DNA from: Candidatus Zhuqueibacterota bacterium | Lineage (GTDB): Bacteria; Zhuqueibacterota; Zhuqueibacteria; Thermofontimicrobiales; Thiofontviventaceae | Direction of reading: 5' to 3' | Length of the DNA: 64,000 bases | Assembly: GCA_016926625.1 (NCBI GenBank) | Contig: JAFGOE010000013.1 | Coordinates: 1,308-65,307, forward strand | Part shown: piece after piece, positions 49,969-60,239 of the stretch | Layout of the letters: the number at the start of each line of letters is the position of its first letter | How positions within the stretch are numbered: the stretch's first letter is position 1 | Notes under the pieces: model-generated | Told to the model about the DNA's origin: nothing | Seen by the model: the letters and a program-made list of their open reading frames with translations, nothing else | Databases searched by the model: none | Translations under genes and position numbers: made by a program

Positions 49969-52145
49969 GAAGTTAGTGAACGGAGTAATTCTCTGACTTG
50001 TTCTGGTGATTTTATATTATATTTAGCCGTAGATGGGTTTAATCCTACTTTGATGGAATATGCCTCCAACGGTAAGACCTTAAATAGGTCTTCATCCGTC
50101 CAATCATCACCAATCGCCATGATGAAGCTCGGTTCGTCATGATCTTTATTAATCCACATGAGCGCTGTTCTACCTTTGTTGACACCGGCGTTTTTTACCT
50201 CTATGACCTTGTTTCCCTCCAGAACCTGTAAGTCGAGATTTGATGTGAGATAACTCAATGTAGTCACGAGTTCCCGTGAACGAATCGCGGCAAATTCAGG
50301 ATCGCACAACCGATAATGCCAGGCCAAAGAAAAGGATTTCCTCTCGATCCGTGCACCGGGTGTCCTGTCCACGTATTGGATCATTATCGGTTCTATCTCA
50401 TCCTTCCATGAATCATCGAACGTATCGATGGGCGTAATTTCTGAATTTTCCTGTTTCAGGTATGCGCCGTGTTCGGCGACCAATGAAAGTTTTAGATGAC
50501 CGAACCATTTATTTAGCGTCTCCATCTTCCTGCCGCTGATAATGACAACCTCATTTCGCGGGTCGTTGGTGAGCAGCTTGAGTATGTCGATCAGTTCTTC
50601 ATCTGGTCTTGCATCTTCCGGTGTTCTGGAAAACGGAACCAGCGTACCATCGTAATCAAGAAAGATGAGTCGATGCGCACTGCGATTAAAGTCCTTGAGC
50701 AACTGGTTTATAGATGATTCACTGAGTCGGTTAACTAAAATTTTGCTCTGCTGTTCCTTGATATCCTTGAGGGAGTCGATATACAATTCGGCCCATTTGT
50801 GCACATCATATCGTTTTAATTTTTCTTGCATCGAAGATATCCTGTTATGTTGTTCTTCGGGTGGCATCACCAGCGCTGTTTCGATGGCGGTGACCATTTC
50901 GTTGATATCGTTCGGATTTATCAAGAGTGCGTCACCTAATTCAACCGCTGCACCGGCCATTTCGCTGAGAATCAGCACACCGTCTTTTTCGGTCTTGCTC
51001 GCCACGTACTCCTTGGCGATTAAATTCATCCCATCTCGAAAAGGTGTAACGAGCGCTATATCAGCTATTTTATATAGTGCAACCAGTTCTTCGAATTCGA
51101 GCGCACGGTACATGAAATGAACCGGGGAATAATTGATCGATGAATATTTGCCCTCGATTTGACCTACCAGGTTATCTACCTCTTTTTTCAGTAGTTGATA
51201 ATGTTTGACGCTCGACCGTGAAGGAACGACCACGATGATGAGGGTGATCTTACCCCGGTATTGTGGATTTCTTTCAAGAAACAGATCAAAACATTTTAAT
51301 CGTTGCGGTATCGCTTTGGAGTAGTCGAGACGGTCGATCGATAGTAGAATTTTGCAGCTTGATAATGATTTATAGTATTTCTTTAACTCTTTATCTATCT
51401 CTGGTACTGAATTCTTGACCGCGTATTTTTCATAATCGATTCCCATCGGAAACGCATCGACACGAATAATTCGATCGTCGTAATTGAGACGATTGAACGT
51501 ACGTTCTATACCGAGTAGACGAGTGGCAGCACTTAAAAAATGACGCGCGTAATCGTAGGTGTGAAATCCGATAAGGTCAGCACCGAGTATCCCATGGAGA
51601 ATTTCCTTTCGCCAGGGAAGTGTTCTGAAAATTTCGAATGAGGGAAATGGGATATGCAGAAAGAACCCGATCGATGTTCGTGGATTCTTCTGACGGATTA
51701 GTTCGGGTAGTAACATTAACTGGTAATCATGAATCCATATGATATCGTCCGTTGATACTTTATCGGCGATTTCGTTGCAAAATAGTTTGTTCACATAACG
51801 ATAGGCGTCCCACAGTTCCTGATGATAAACCGTATATTGTGCAAAATAATGAAACAATGGCCAGATGGTTTTGTTAGAAAATCCTTCATAATATTTCTCA
51901 ATCTGATTTTTACTGAGAAATACGGGGCTCATGTGTTGTTTTTTAAAATTATCTCGAATCTTTTGTTTCTCAACTTTGCTGGTTGTAAAATATCCTGGCC
52001 AACCGACCCAGATACCATCTTGTGATTGATAATAAGATCCGACACCAGTGGCTAATCCCCCTGAACTCGACATGTAGAGCAGATCCTTATCCTGTTTTTC
52101 AACTCGTACAGGTAAACGGTTTGAAACGATGATCATTTTTCCCAT
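49965..52145 (-). CDS. otsAB: Bifunctional trehalose-6-phosphate synthase (GT20, OtsA) / trehalose-6-phosphate phosphatase (HAD, OtsB) fusion
   Basis: The N-terminus MIIVSNRLPV is followed by a GT20 core. The C-terminal HAD motif IFLDYDGTLVPF and the GDDWTDEDLF motif are present. Confidence 0.85.
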   Translation of the reverse strand: MGKMIIVSNRLPVRVEKQDKDLLYMSSSGGLATGVGSYYQSQDGIWVGWPGYFTTSKVEKQKIRDNFKKQHMSPVFLSKNQIEKYYEGFSNKTIWPLFHYFAQYTVYHQELWDAYRYVNKLFCNEIADKVSTDDIIWIHDYQLMLLPELIRQKNPRTSIGFFLHIPFPSFEIFRTLPWRKEILHGILGADLIGFHTYDYARHFLSAATRLLGIERTFNRLNYDDRIIRVDAFPMGIDYEKYAVKNSVPEIDKELKKYYKSLSSCKILLSIDRLDYSKAIPQRLKCFDLFLERNPQYRGKITLIIVVVPSRSSVKHYQLLKKEVDNLVGQIEGKYSSINYSPVHFMYRALEFEELVALYKIADIALVTPFRDGMNLIAKEYVASKTEKDGVLILSEMAGAAVELGDALLINPNDINEMVTAIETALVMPPEEQHNRISSMQEKLKRYDVHKWAELYIDSLKDIKEQQSKILVNRLSESSINQLLKDFNRSAHRLIFLDYDGTLVPFSRTPEDARPDEELIDILKLLTNDPRNEVVIISGRKMETLNKWFGHLKLSLVAEHGAYLKQENSEITPIDTFDDSWKDEIEPIMIQYVDRTPGARIERKSFSLAWHYRLCDPEFAAIRSRELVTTLSYLTSNLDLQVLEGNKVIEVKNAGVNKGRTALMWINKDHDEPSFIMAIGDDWTDEDLFKVLPLEAYSIKVGLNPSTAKYNIKSPEQVRELLRSLTS

Positions 52146-52295
52146 GCTATCTATCTCATCTATTATATTATCAGATTAACTTATTGCATCCTTTATTAAG
52201 GTAATGATTTTTTTAGAAAAATGCAAGAGAAATATAAATAAAATAAAAAATTGCGAAATTAAATAATAATTTAGTAGTTATTTATACTTTAATGA

Positions 52296-53477
52296 TCAGA
52301 TTTTTTTTAAAGCGACCACGGTTATATCGTCGATCCATTCTTCTTCGTTGCCGAAGGAGTAGGCGGTGTCGATGAGCGAATCGACGAGTTGTTCAGCGGA
52401 GAGGTGTCGGTGAGTTTTAACAAATTCGATAATACGATCCACTTCGAATGGTTCGCCAAGGGAATTTGTTCGTTCGATGAGACCATCGGAAAACATCAGG
52501 ACGATGTCGCCTGTGTTTAGTTCCTTAAAACCACGATGGAGGGTCACCTCTGGCATGGGACCGAGTACGATACCGCCGACAGGAAATTTTTCGATGGAAT
52601 CATTTTTAAAAAGCAGTGGGGATGGGTGACCGGCGTTGGTATAGATAAGATTTCCGTTAGATTCGATCTCGCAATAAAAGAGCGAGATAAATGAAGTCGA
52701 CAGCCGGCTGCGATGAATGACGCGGTTCAATTTTTCCAGGGCATAGGTGATCTTCAGGTGTTTTTCTATGCCCATGCGAAGCCCTGTGACCACGTCGCGA
52801 ACGAGCAGGGCGGCCGGCAGGCCATGACCGCTGGCATCGCCGATGGCGATGCCGATGCGTTCGTTATCGAAGACGAGGTAATCGTACATATCACCGCCCA
52901 CGATTTCGGCGGGCACTGATTTGCCGGCGATGTCGAAACCCTTCAGCGCAGGAGATCTTTCAGGCAGAAGGCTCTTTTGAATAATTTCCGCTTGTTTGAT
53001 ATAGTCTTTAAAATGTTGCGATGAGATACGGGAATTGATTATTTTTCGGATGCTGTTCAGGCTCAACTGTAACTCTTCGCGTTCCCAGCCAGGCTGCAGT
53101 TGAAAAAAGAGCAACCATTTTTTCGATTCTCCGTCGACGGAAACACCGGCGAGTATTCTGTCTTCACGATAAAATATGGCGGAATATTGCATGTCCTGAG
53201 GTTCATTGAAAATATAGCATCCGTTCTTGATGGTCAACATCACGACGGGATCGGATTTACTGATTACATCGGGATAGGATTGGCTACGCGTCGAATAAAC
53301 GAGGTCGTATGTCTCATTATTCTCCTCGTAAAGGAATCCACGTTTGATCTGCAGGTCTGAGCCCAGGAAGTTTATGACTTTCGTCAATACTTCTGTGAGC
53401 AGGTTTAATCCTCTGATTTGATCAAGTTCGGAGAGTAGAGCATCAAATTTTCGATAAAATTCTTTTGGATTTGTCAT
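52296..53477 (-). CDS. PP2C-family serine phosphatase (SpoIIE/RsbU-like) with N-terminal sensory (GAF-like) region
   Basis: The C-terminal PP2C motifs are GIAIGDASGHGLPAALL, FSDGLIE and DDITVV. Confidence 0.75.
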   Translation of the reverse strand: MTNPKEFYRKFDALLSELDQIRGLNLLTEVLTKVINFLGSDLQIKRGFLYEENNETYDLVYSTRSQSYPDVISKSDPVVMLTIKNGCYIFNEPQDMQYSAIFYREDRILAGVSVDGESKKWLLFFQLQPGWEREELQLSLNSIRKIINSRISSQHFKDYIKQAEIIQKSLLPERSPALKGFDIAGKSVPAEIVGGDMYDYLVFDNERIGIAIGDASGHGLPAALLVRDVVTGLRMGIEKHLKITYALEKLNRVIHRSRLSTSFISLFYCEIESNGNLIYTNAGHPSPLLFKNDSIEKFPVGGIVLGPMPEVTLHRGFKELNTGDIVLMFSDGLIERTNSLGEPFEVDRIIEFVKTHRHLSAEQLVDSLIDTAYSFGNEEEWIDDITVVALKKI

Positions 53478-53582
53478 GGATGGTCAATGATTCGTCGTTA
53501 TAATCCTTAGACACGAATACGAATCTCAGTAAGATATCATCACTCGCTATTTCATCATGAACCGTTCGAACAACAGTCCAAT

Positions 53583-53942
53583 TTAATTTGTCACCTTAAC
53601 TTCGGAGATAGCGTCGGCTACTGAATCATAGTATTGAAAAACGTGATTCAATTTCGTTATCGTCAATGCTCCGATCACGAAATCGTTCATACCTGCCAGC
53701 GCAAACACACCGCCGCACTCCGTCATCATATTGAATCCAGTGATCAAAATTGCCAAACCGGTGCTATTGATTCGTTTAACATTGGACAGATCCATGATTA
53801 TTCTATCGATACCATCGTCGAGTAGTTTTTTATATTGATTTTCAAATAATTTTGAATCAGCAGGATTGCCCAGAATGTCAGCTGAAACGCCAATGATGGC
53901 GGATAAATCTTTGATGTCACAATTAATTTCCATAGATCGCAT
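53583..53942 (-). CDS. STAS-domain anti-sigma-factor antagonist (SpoIIAA/RsbV-like)
   Basis: The conserved phospho-Ser context NVKRINSTGLAIL is present. The protein is about 119 aa and lies adjacent to the PP2C phosphatase. Confidence 0.75.
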   Translation of the reverse strand: MRSMEINCDIKDLSAIIGVSADILGNPADSKLFENQYKKLLDDGIDRIIMDLSNVKRINSTGLAILITGFNMMTECGGVFALAGMNDFVIGALTITKLNHVFQYYDSVADAISEVKVTN

Positions 53943-54011
53943 GTTTCCGGTTAGTTAAAAATTTTCTATGACCACGTGTAATAAACGTAAATAAAATAAA
54001 TTTGTTTCACA

Positions 54012-55142
54012 TTAAATAGCAGTAAACGATTCGGATACATCGGTATCTAAGGTTTTTACGATCTCGGTAACGAGACTGATGCAATGTTCGACATCTTCCA
54101 GGCTCAGGATGCCGACATGGGAGTGAATGTGACGAGTCGGAATCCCTAACACGATACTGGGACATCCTGTACGCGTCATATGGATCATGCCAGCGTCGGT
54201 CCCACCTCTGGCCATTTGCGACAGTTGCAATGGAATATTATTCTTCTTCGCTGTGTCGATGATGAACTCCTTCAAACCCTGATTAGGAATCAACGAAGAA
54301 TCGAACGTAAGCAAGCCAGGACCCTTCCCCATCTCCGTCAGAGCCTGATGCGATTCGATCCCGGGTACATCACCCGCGATATCCACTTCGAGTGTAATAC
54401 AGATATCCGGATCGGTGATCCAGGCGGCCGTACGTGCACCGCGAGCACCCACTTCTTCTTGTGTGGTGGCCACACCCACGACTGTATTGGGATGTTGTAT
54501 GTTCTGTTCAGATAGTTGCCTGATGACCTCGGCCGCGATGAAGGCTCCGATGCGGTCATCGAACGCTTTGCCGATCGCAAGTTGTTTTTCGCCGAGTTCT
54601 CGAGTCACCCCGTTCTTGATTTCGAACGCGTTCTTTGTAAATACGGAAAAATCAGATATCGGCATAATAGGATCGCCGATGCGGATCCCCATCTCTTCAG
54701 CTTCGCGTGCGTTGGAACAACCCACGTCGATGAACATCCTTGTTTTTTCTATCACTTTCATTCGTTCTTCATTTGTCATCAAATGAGGTGGCTTAGCAGC
54801 GATAATGCCCTGTATATCTTGCTTCTGTGCACGTATGAGCACACGCTGTCCCAACAAGACCTGGTCGAACCAACCGCCTACTGGATTGAATGTCAGAAAA
54901 CCATGTTGATTAATACTGGAGACAACGAAGCCCACTTCATCGACATGTCCGGGAAGCATAATAACGGGGCGCTCTGAACTACCTTTCTTGTAGAACAGCA
55001 GTGAACCCAGCCTATCCTGTTCCAGTTGATCGCTAAAAGGTTCAACATAATGTTTTACCAAACGGATGATCTCTTTCTCAAATCCAGACGGACCGAAACC
55101 GTTGCTCAATGATTCAAGAAAATTCAGTGCATTGTTATTCAT
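54012..55142 (-). CDS. M42-family aminopeptidase (FrvX/CelM-like)
   Basis: The metal-ligand motifs are MLPGHVDEVGF, GKAFDDRIG and the His/Glu-Glu/Asp ligands typical of M42. Confidence 0.8.
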   Translation of the reverse strand: MNNNALNFLESLSNGFGPSGFEKEIIRLVKHYVEPFSDQLEQDRLGSLLFYKKGSSERPVIMLPGHVDEVGFVVSSINQHGFLTFNPVGGWFDQVLLGQRVLIRAQKQDIQGIIAAKPPHLMTNEERMKVIEKTRMFIDVGCSNAREAEEMGIRIGDPIMPISDFSVFTKNAFEIKNGVTRELGEKQLAIGKAFDDRIGAFIAAEVIRQLSEQNIQHPNTVVGVATTQEEVGARGARTAAWITDPDICITLEVDIAGDVPGIESHQALTEMGKGPGLLTFDSSLIPNQGLKEFIIDTAKKNNIPLQLSQMARGGTDAGMIHMTRTGCPSIVLGIPTRHIHSHVGILSLEDVEHCISLVTEIVKTLDTDVSESFTAI

Positions 55143-55325
55143 CCCCTGTTCTCCCTTCTAGTGGATCTGATAGCTTCATTTTTGTTGCGATTGTTTATGT
55201 GTGTTTACAGCGACTTCACGTCCTTATGACTGGAGAGTTTAATACCGGTTAGTACTGTCGCTGTTAGACATGCTACTTGAACTCGCTGACCGCGACAGCG
55301 ATGACGGATGATTCCGCCATCGGTA

Positions 55326-56117
55326 TTACATGATCTTGCATGATTTGATGGTGTCCAAACGGTGCAATACGGCCTGCATCTCGGCGACGATCGAGATAGC
55401 GATCTCCCCCGGGGTTTCAGTCCCAATGTTTAGTCCTATCGGAGCGTGAACATGGGTCAATTCGTGTGCTTTGATCCCTTTGTTCAATAAACTGGTTCGT
55501 ATTTCGCTGACTTTTGTGATAGATCCCATCATCCCCATATATGCGACGCGATGAGGCAGCATATTCCGAAGTACATCTTCATCGTATTGATGTTGAGGTG
55601 TGACGATAACGATCCAATCGGTTTCATCGAAGGAGTTTGATTCAATATACGATGAATAGGCCTGAGAAATGAGTTCGACCTCATCTGGGAAGAACTCTCT
55701 GTTTAGTACCTCAGGACGGTGGTCAACGACGGTTACTTTCCAGCCGGCGACTCTTGCCGCGTGGGATAACGCTCTGCCCACGTGCCCTCCTCCGAAAATC
55801 GTCAAATGTCGCTGCGGGTAAAAAGGCTCATAAAATAAAGTCATCGCTCCTCCGCATGACATCTGATCCTCTAATTGGTCCAGTTCATATACGTTCAGGT
55901 CTGGTTTCTTATTTTTTAGCACCTCCAGAGCGTGATTAATGGCGTAACTTTCGATCGATCCCCCTCCGATCGTACCGAAGGCGGTTCCGTCCTCCAGGAC
56001 AATCGCCTTGGCACCGGCCTTCCTCGGAGTCGTGCCACGGGTTTCCACCACCGTGACCAAACAGAACGTCCGGTTGTTTTTTATCAGAGCCGATATTTTG
56101 TCGATTAATTCAATCAT
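55326..56117 (-). CDS. XdhC/CoxI-family molybdoenzyme maturation protein
   Basis: An N-terminal XdhC_CoxI domain is followed by the Rossmann motif LTIFGGGHVGRALS. Confidence 0.75.
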   Translation of the reverse strand: MIELIDKISALIKNNRTFCLVTVVETRGTTPRKAGAKAIVLEDGTAFGTIGGGSIESYAINHALEVLKNKKPDLNVYELDQLEDQMSCGGAMTLFYEPFYPQRHLTIFGGGHVGRALSHAARVAGWKVTVVDHRPEVLNREFFPDEVELISQAYSSYIESNSFDETDWIVIVTPQHQYDEDVLRNMLPHRVAYMGMMGSITKVSEIRTSLLNKGIKAHELTHVHAPIGLNIGTETPGEIAISIVAEMQAVLHRLDTIKSCKIM

Positions 56118-56320
56118 TGTTAACGTAAAATTGTTTTTAGTATTAAGAAATAGACCTTTGTATAAGCTCAGTCATTTCCAGAAATCGACTTCTGTGCGCT
56201 CCCTGACGTGGTCATGAAGAAACATCTCATCCATAACGAGATTCCGTTGAATCAGAGGCATCTGCAAACTGGTTATACCATGAAAATTGAGATTTAATAT
56301 ACGCATTTACTGCTAAAAAA

Positions 56321-56920
56321 TCAACCATCATTTTTCGAGCAATAGAGACGATACAGCTCTGCGGTGTTGATGTTCAGCAGGACACCCGGATCGTTCACTC
56401 TGATTTTGGCGATGGAATTCGTCTTTTGTCGTACGATGTATCGTGCACCAATCTCGAGAGGTGCTCTCCTAAGCTGGTCGAATGTATCTGCCGGAAATAT
56501 CATCGGGTGTCCGTTTTTGTGTTCATGAATGGGTATAATAATATGATGGGGTGCCTGCTCATGCTTTTCGTGCAGTTGTGTGTAGGTTGTTGCTTTTACC
56601 AACGGATAGTCGACCGGATGCAGCAGGAATCCGGAGGAGTCTGGTGGTAAGCAATCCATCCCGCAATGTATCGACGAAATCATTCCCATATCTGGTGTCG
56701 GATTGATAACCATAGCGATGTCTCCGATGTTAAGATTACGAAGGCGTTCGTAGAGTTTATGATTCGTAATGACGATGATAGGGAGAAAACCGGCGTGGGA
56801 AATTTTTTCGATGATGATCTCGAGAAAAGACTTGTCGTTTAAGATTAATAAAGGTTTATCTCCGAGTTCTGCGATTCTTCTCCCTTTGCCCGCTGCTAAT
56901 ATGATCGCTGAAAGTTTCAT
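56321..56920 (-). CDS. MobA-like nucleotidyltransferase (molybdenum cofactor cytidylyl/guanylyl-transferase, MocA-like)
   Basis: The N-terminus MKLSAIILAAGKGRRI is the NTP_transf_3 signature. The longer ORF to 56959 would need a TTG start. Confidence 0.65.
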   Translation of the reverse strand: MKLSAIILAAGKGRRIAELGDKPLLILNDKSFLEIIIEKISHAGFLPIIVITNHKLYERLRNLNIGDIAMVINPTPDMGMISSIHCGMDCLPPDSSGFLLHPVDYPLVKATTYTQLHEKHEQAPHHIIIPIHEHKNGHPMIFPADTFDQLRRAPLEIGARYIVRQKTNSIAKIRVNDPGVLLNINTAELYRLYCSKNDG

Positions 56921-57202
56921 GATTGATAATAATTTAATATCAGAAAAGGATAGAGTCAAGTAAAAACATGGATAAGAAAAAATACTTGAATTTGGTCTAT
57001 AAATTATTTATAATTATATTTCATATTGACGGGTTTATATACGATTTTAATGTTATTGATGCACAAACCTGGCTGAGAAGAGGTGGTAGTAAATATTCTC
57101 AGGTTGCAGGATTGTACACCAGAAGATTTTGATAGAGTGGCGGAATGACCAGCAACAGTTCAGTTATCAAACCATCATAACGATTATTATCATTAAATTA
57201 CC

Positions 57203-58912
57203 ATGGACATCAAAATGATTCGACGTTACATATATTATACAGGTCTCCTTGTACTGGGCATGTTGGCTTGTGCGAAGCAGTTACCACCCAGCGGTGGACC
57301 TGTCGATAAGCAGTCCCCGGAGATCATGGATGCACGACCGGCGCCAAACTCGACTCATGTTCCCCCGGATACCGATGTCGAACTGACATTCAGCGAGCGC
57401 GTTACAAGAACGTCGGTCGCTAAGTCCATCTTTATTTCACCGCGACCTGAAAAAAGGGTCAATTTGAAGTGGAAAGGCAAACGGTTGATCATCGATTTCG
57501 CGGATTCGCTTCACGCGGATCGAACCTATGTATTGACCATAGGAACGGATGTAGAGGATTTAAGAAGAAACAAGATGAAGAAATCATTTCACCTGGCTTT
57601 CTCGACTGGCGATCAGCTGGACGCGGGTAGGATTTCGGGACGCGTGTACGGAGAAACACCACAAACGGCGATGCTTATTGGTGCTTATCTGGTAGACGGG
57701 GATAAGCATCCGGATCCAGGTATGGAAATAGCCGACTACCTGACTCAGTGCGATGAACAGGGTGTGTATCAGTTTTCTTATCTATCATTGGGTAGGTACA
57801 GACTTTACGCTTTTGGCGATAGGGATGCAGATTACAAGTATGACCGGCATATCGAAAAAATCGGTATTGCTGCGACTGAGTTGGAGATCAGTGATGAGCA
57901 ATTATCATTTGAAAACTTGAATTTTAAAATTACGGCTGAGGATACTGCAGCGCCTGTCATAAAATCACTTCGGGTTTACGATCGTCATCATATTGATATT
58001 CGATTTAATGAGGCGATGGAACGAACAGATGATCCACGCGGACACTTTTGTATCACGCTTAAATCAAGTGAATCCGATACGATTGATATCCGCCGCCTGA
58101 TCCATAGTGATCACGATCGATCCAGGTTCATGGTGGTCACCGCGGGACCGATGTCTGATATATATTACGATCTTAGGATCGATTCTTTGTACGACATGTC
58201 GGGAAACTTGATCGATTCGACTTATCGGAAGTACGAATTCCAGGGAATTGCTTTGCCCGACACGATCAGGCCGCAATTGATATCCCAGTCGATTAGCGAC
58301 ATGTCGTGTGATGTTCCATTGGATGTGCAATTGCGGTTCGTATTCTCCGAAGCGATGAACTGTAGCACCTTGCAGGATCATTTCATGCTTCTGGATTCGA
58401 ATAGAGTCAAGTACGCGGGCGAATTTACCTGGCAGGATCCCACTGATTTCACCTATGTACCGGACAGGGAGTTGCCGGGTGAAACCGATTACATTGTGCA
58501 TATTGCGGCGGATTCTGTTTACGATGAATTTCAAAATTCTCTTGCCGACACATCGATCGATATTCGGTTCAGAACGTTAAATCAGGACACCCTTTCATCT
58601 ATCATGGGTCAAATCCAGGATGAAAAGGAGAACGCTACGGGCAAAATATACCTGTATGCTGTACAGGCCGGCGCGCATAGTGTAAGTTATAAAACAGAGC
58701 TGGATGATGCAGGACCTTACAAGTTTGAAAATATATTGCCGGGTGTTTATTTGATCAACGGATTCAGAGATGAAGATGGGGATCAGGAGTACACGTATGG
58801 GAGGGTGTATCCATTTTTACCGGCTGAGCGTTTTTTTTACTATCCGGATTCAGTTAAAGTTAGATCAAAATGGGCGAATGAAGGCAACGAGGTTTTTCTA
58901 AATAGATATTAG
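57203..58912 (+). CDS. Lipoprotein with SbsA-type Ig-like (Big_5) domains
   Basis: A lipobox LGMLAC is present. Repeated P..P....V......I.FSE.M modules follow. Confidence 0.5.
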   Translation: MDIKMIRRYIYYTGLLVLGMLACAKQLPPSGGPVDKQSPEIMDARPAPNSTHVPPDTDVELTFSERVTRTSVAKSIFISPRPEKRVNLKWKGKRLIIDFADSLHADRTYVLTIGTDVEDLRRNKMKKSFHLAFSTGDQLDAGRISGRVYGETPQTAMLIGAYLVDGDKHPDPGMEIADYLTQCDEQGVYQFSYLSLGRYRLYAFGDRDADYKYDRHIEKIGIAATELEISDEQLSFENLNFKITAEDTAAPVIKSLRVYDRHHIDIRFNEAMERTDDPRGHFCITLKSSESDTIDIRRLIHSDHDRSRFMVVTAGPMSDIYYDLRIDSLYDMSGNLIDSTYRKYEFQGIALPDTIRPQLISQSISDMSCDVPLDVQLRFVFSEAMNCSTLQDHFMLLDSNRVKYAGEFTWQDPTDFTYVPDRELPGETDYIVHIAADSVYDEFQNSLADTSIDIRFRTLNQDTLSSIMGQIQDEKENATGKIYLYAVQAGAHSVSYKTELDDAGPYKFENILPGVYLINGFRDEDGDQEYTYGRVYPFLPAERFFYYPDSVKVRSKWANEGNEVFLNRY

Positions 58913-58964
58913 TCGATCGATGGCGATCATCATATCGTAACCGAAATACGGAAAAGGAGCTCAT

Positions 58965-60221
58965 ATGGATTTTTTCAAGTATATGAATGACAAATTGTAT
59001 TGTGAAAACGTTTCGATCAATGACCTTGTCGAACAGTACGGCACACCGCTGTATGTTTACAGTAAAAATGCGATCATCAATAAATTTAGAAAATACGATG
59101 AGGCCTTTAAATCGGTTTCACATACGATTTGTTATGCATTAAAAGCCAATTCGAATCTGCATCTGCTGAAATTACTGGCGAATCTGGGAAGCGGCGCAGA
59201 TATTGTTTCAGGCGGTGAGCTGTTTTTGGCGATGAAAGCGGGCATTAAACCTGAGAAGATCGTCTATGCGAGTGTGGGTAAAACCGACAAAGAGATATGG
59301 GCGGCTATGGACTCCGGTATTAAGGCGTTTAACATTGAGTCCTGGCAGGAATTAGAGGTGATCAATGAGATCGCCATCGGAATGCACCGAAGAGCCCCTA
59401 TTGCAATACGTTTGAATCCGGATATAGATATCCATGGTCACCCGTATATATCGACGGGTAAATCGATCAATAAATTTGGAATCAATATCGAACAAGCGAT
59501 CGATGTATTCTTGAAGGCGGCCAGGATGAAGGGCGTACGCATCGACGGAATCCATTGCCATATTGGATCTCAGATCGTAAATCTTGATTATTTTGCGGCG
59601 GCGGCGGAGAAGATGGCCGCTTTTGTGCAGGAATTAGAGAAGCATGGCATACAGGTGAATCATATCGATATTGGAGGTGGCTTAGGCGCCAGCTATGAAA
59701 ATTTTTTAATAACAGAAGGTCAAGAAACGTCACGGACGCCGGAGCCAGAGCAATTAGCAGAACGGGTGCTTGGGATATTGAGTCCGCTGGACAAAGAGAT
59801 CTTTTTCGAACCGGGACGTTCGATCATTGGGGAAGCCGGGGCATTAATCTCTGAGGTTTTGTTCAGAAAAGAATCGAACGGTAAAAAATATGTTATTGTT
59901 GATGCAGGAATGAATGATCTGATCCGGCCGAGTCTCTACAATGCCTATCATCAAATCGTGCCTTCCGAAAAGAAGAAAAGCAGCAACGAAGTCGTTGATA
60001 TCGTCGGTCCGATCTGTGAAACAGGAGATTTCCTGGCCAAAGATAGGGAACTGCCTCATCTCGATCGCGGTGATTTCATCGCGGTCATGACGGCCGGGGC
60101 GTATGGGTATTCATTATCGAGCAACTATAATTCGCGACCACGAGCAGCTGAGGTATGGATCGATGATGATCGTCACCAGTTAATACGAGCTCGCGAGAGA
60201 TATGAAGATTTTTTATCATGA
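58965..60221 (+). CDS. lysA: Diaminopimelate decarboxylase
   Basis: A PLP-dependent fold-III decarboxylase is indicated by: the Lys in YALKAN, the motif HIGSQ, the motif EPGRSI and the motif CESGD-like CETGD. Confidence 0.9.
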   Translation: MDFFKYMNDKLYCENVSINDLVEQYGTPLYVYSKNAIINKFRKYDEAFKSVSHTICYALKANSNLHLLKLLANLGSGADIVSGGELFLAMKAGIKPEKIVYASVGKTDKEIWAAMDSGIKAFNIESWQELEVINEIAIGMHRRAPIAIRLNPDIDIHGHPYISTGKSINKFGINIEQAIDVFLKAARMKGVRIDGIHCHIGSQIVNLDYFAAAAEKMAAFVQELEKHGIQVNHIDIGGGLGASYENFLITEGQETSRTPEPEQLAERVLGILSPLDKEIFFEPGRSIIGEAGALISEVLFRKESNGKKYVIVDAGMNDLIRPSLYNAYHQIVPSEKKKSSNEVVDIVGPICETGDFLAKDRELPHLDRGDFIAVMTAGAYGYSLSSNYNSRPRAAEVWIDDDRHQLIRARERYEDFLS

Positions 60222-60239
60222 TAGCCAGGTATAGAAGTA

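Noticed and set aside
55205-55426. 73-aa Arg/Cys-rich ORF between the M42 peptidase and xdhC
   Set aside because: It overlaps the 3' end of xdhC on the same strand in another frame. Its composition is atypical (RSLSRSSPRCRP), so it is likely spurious.
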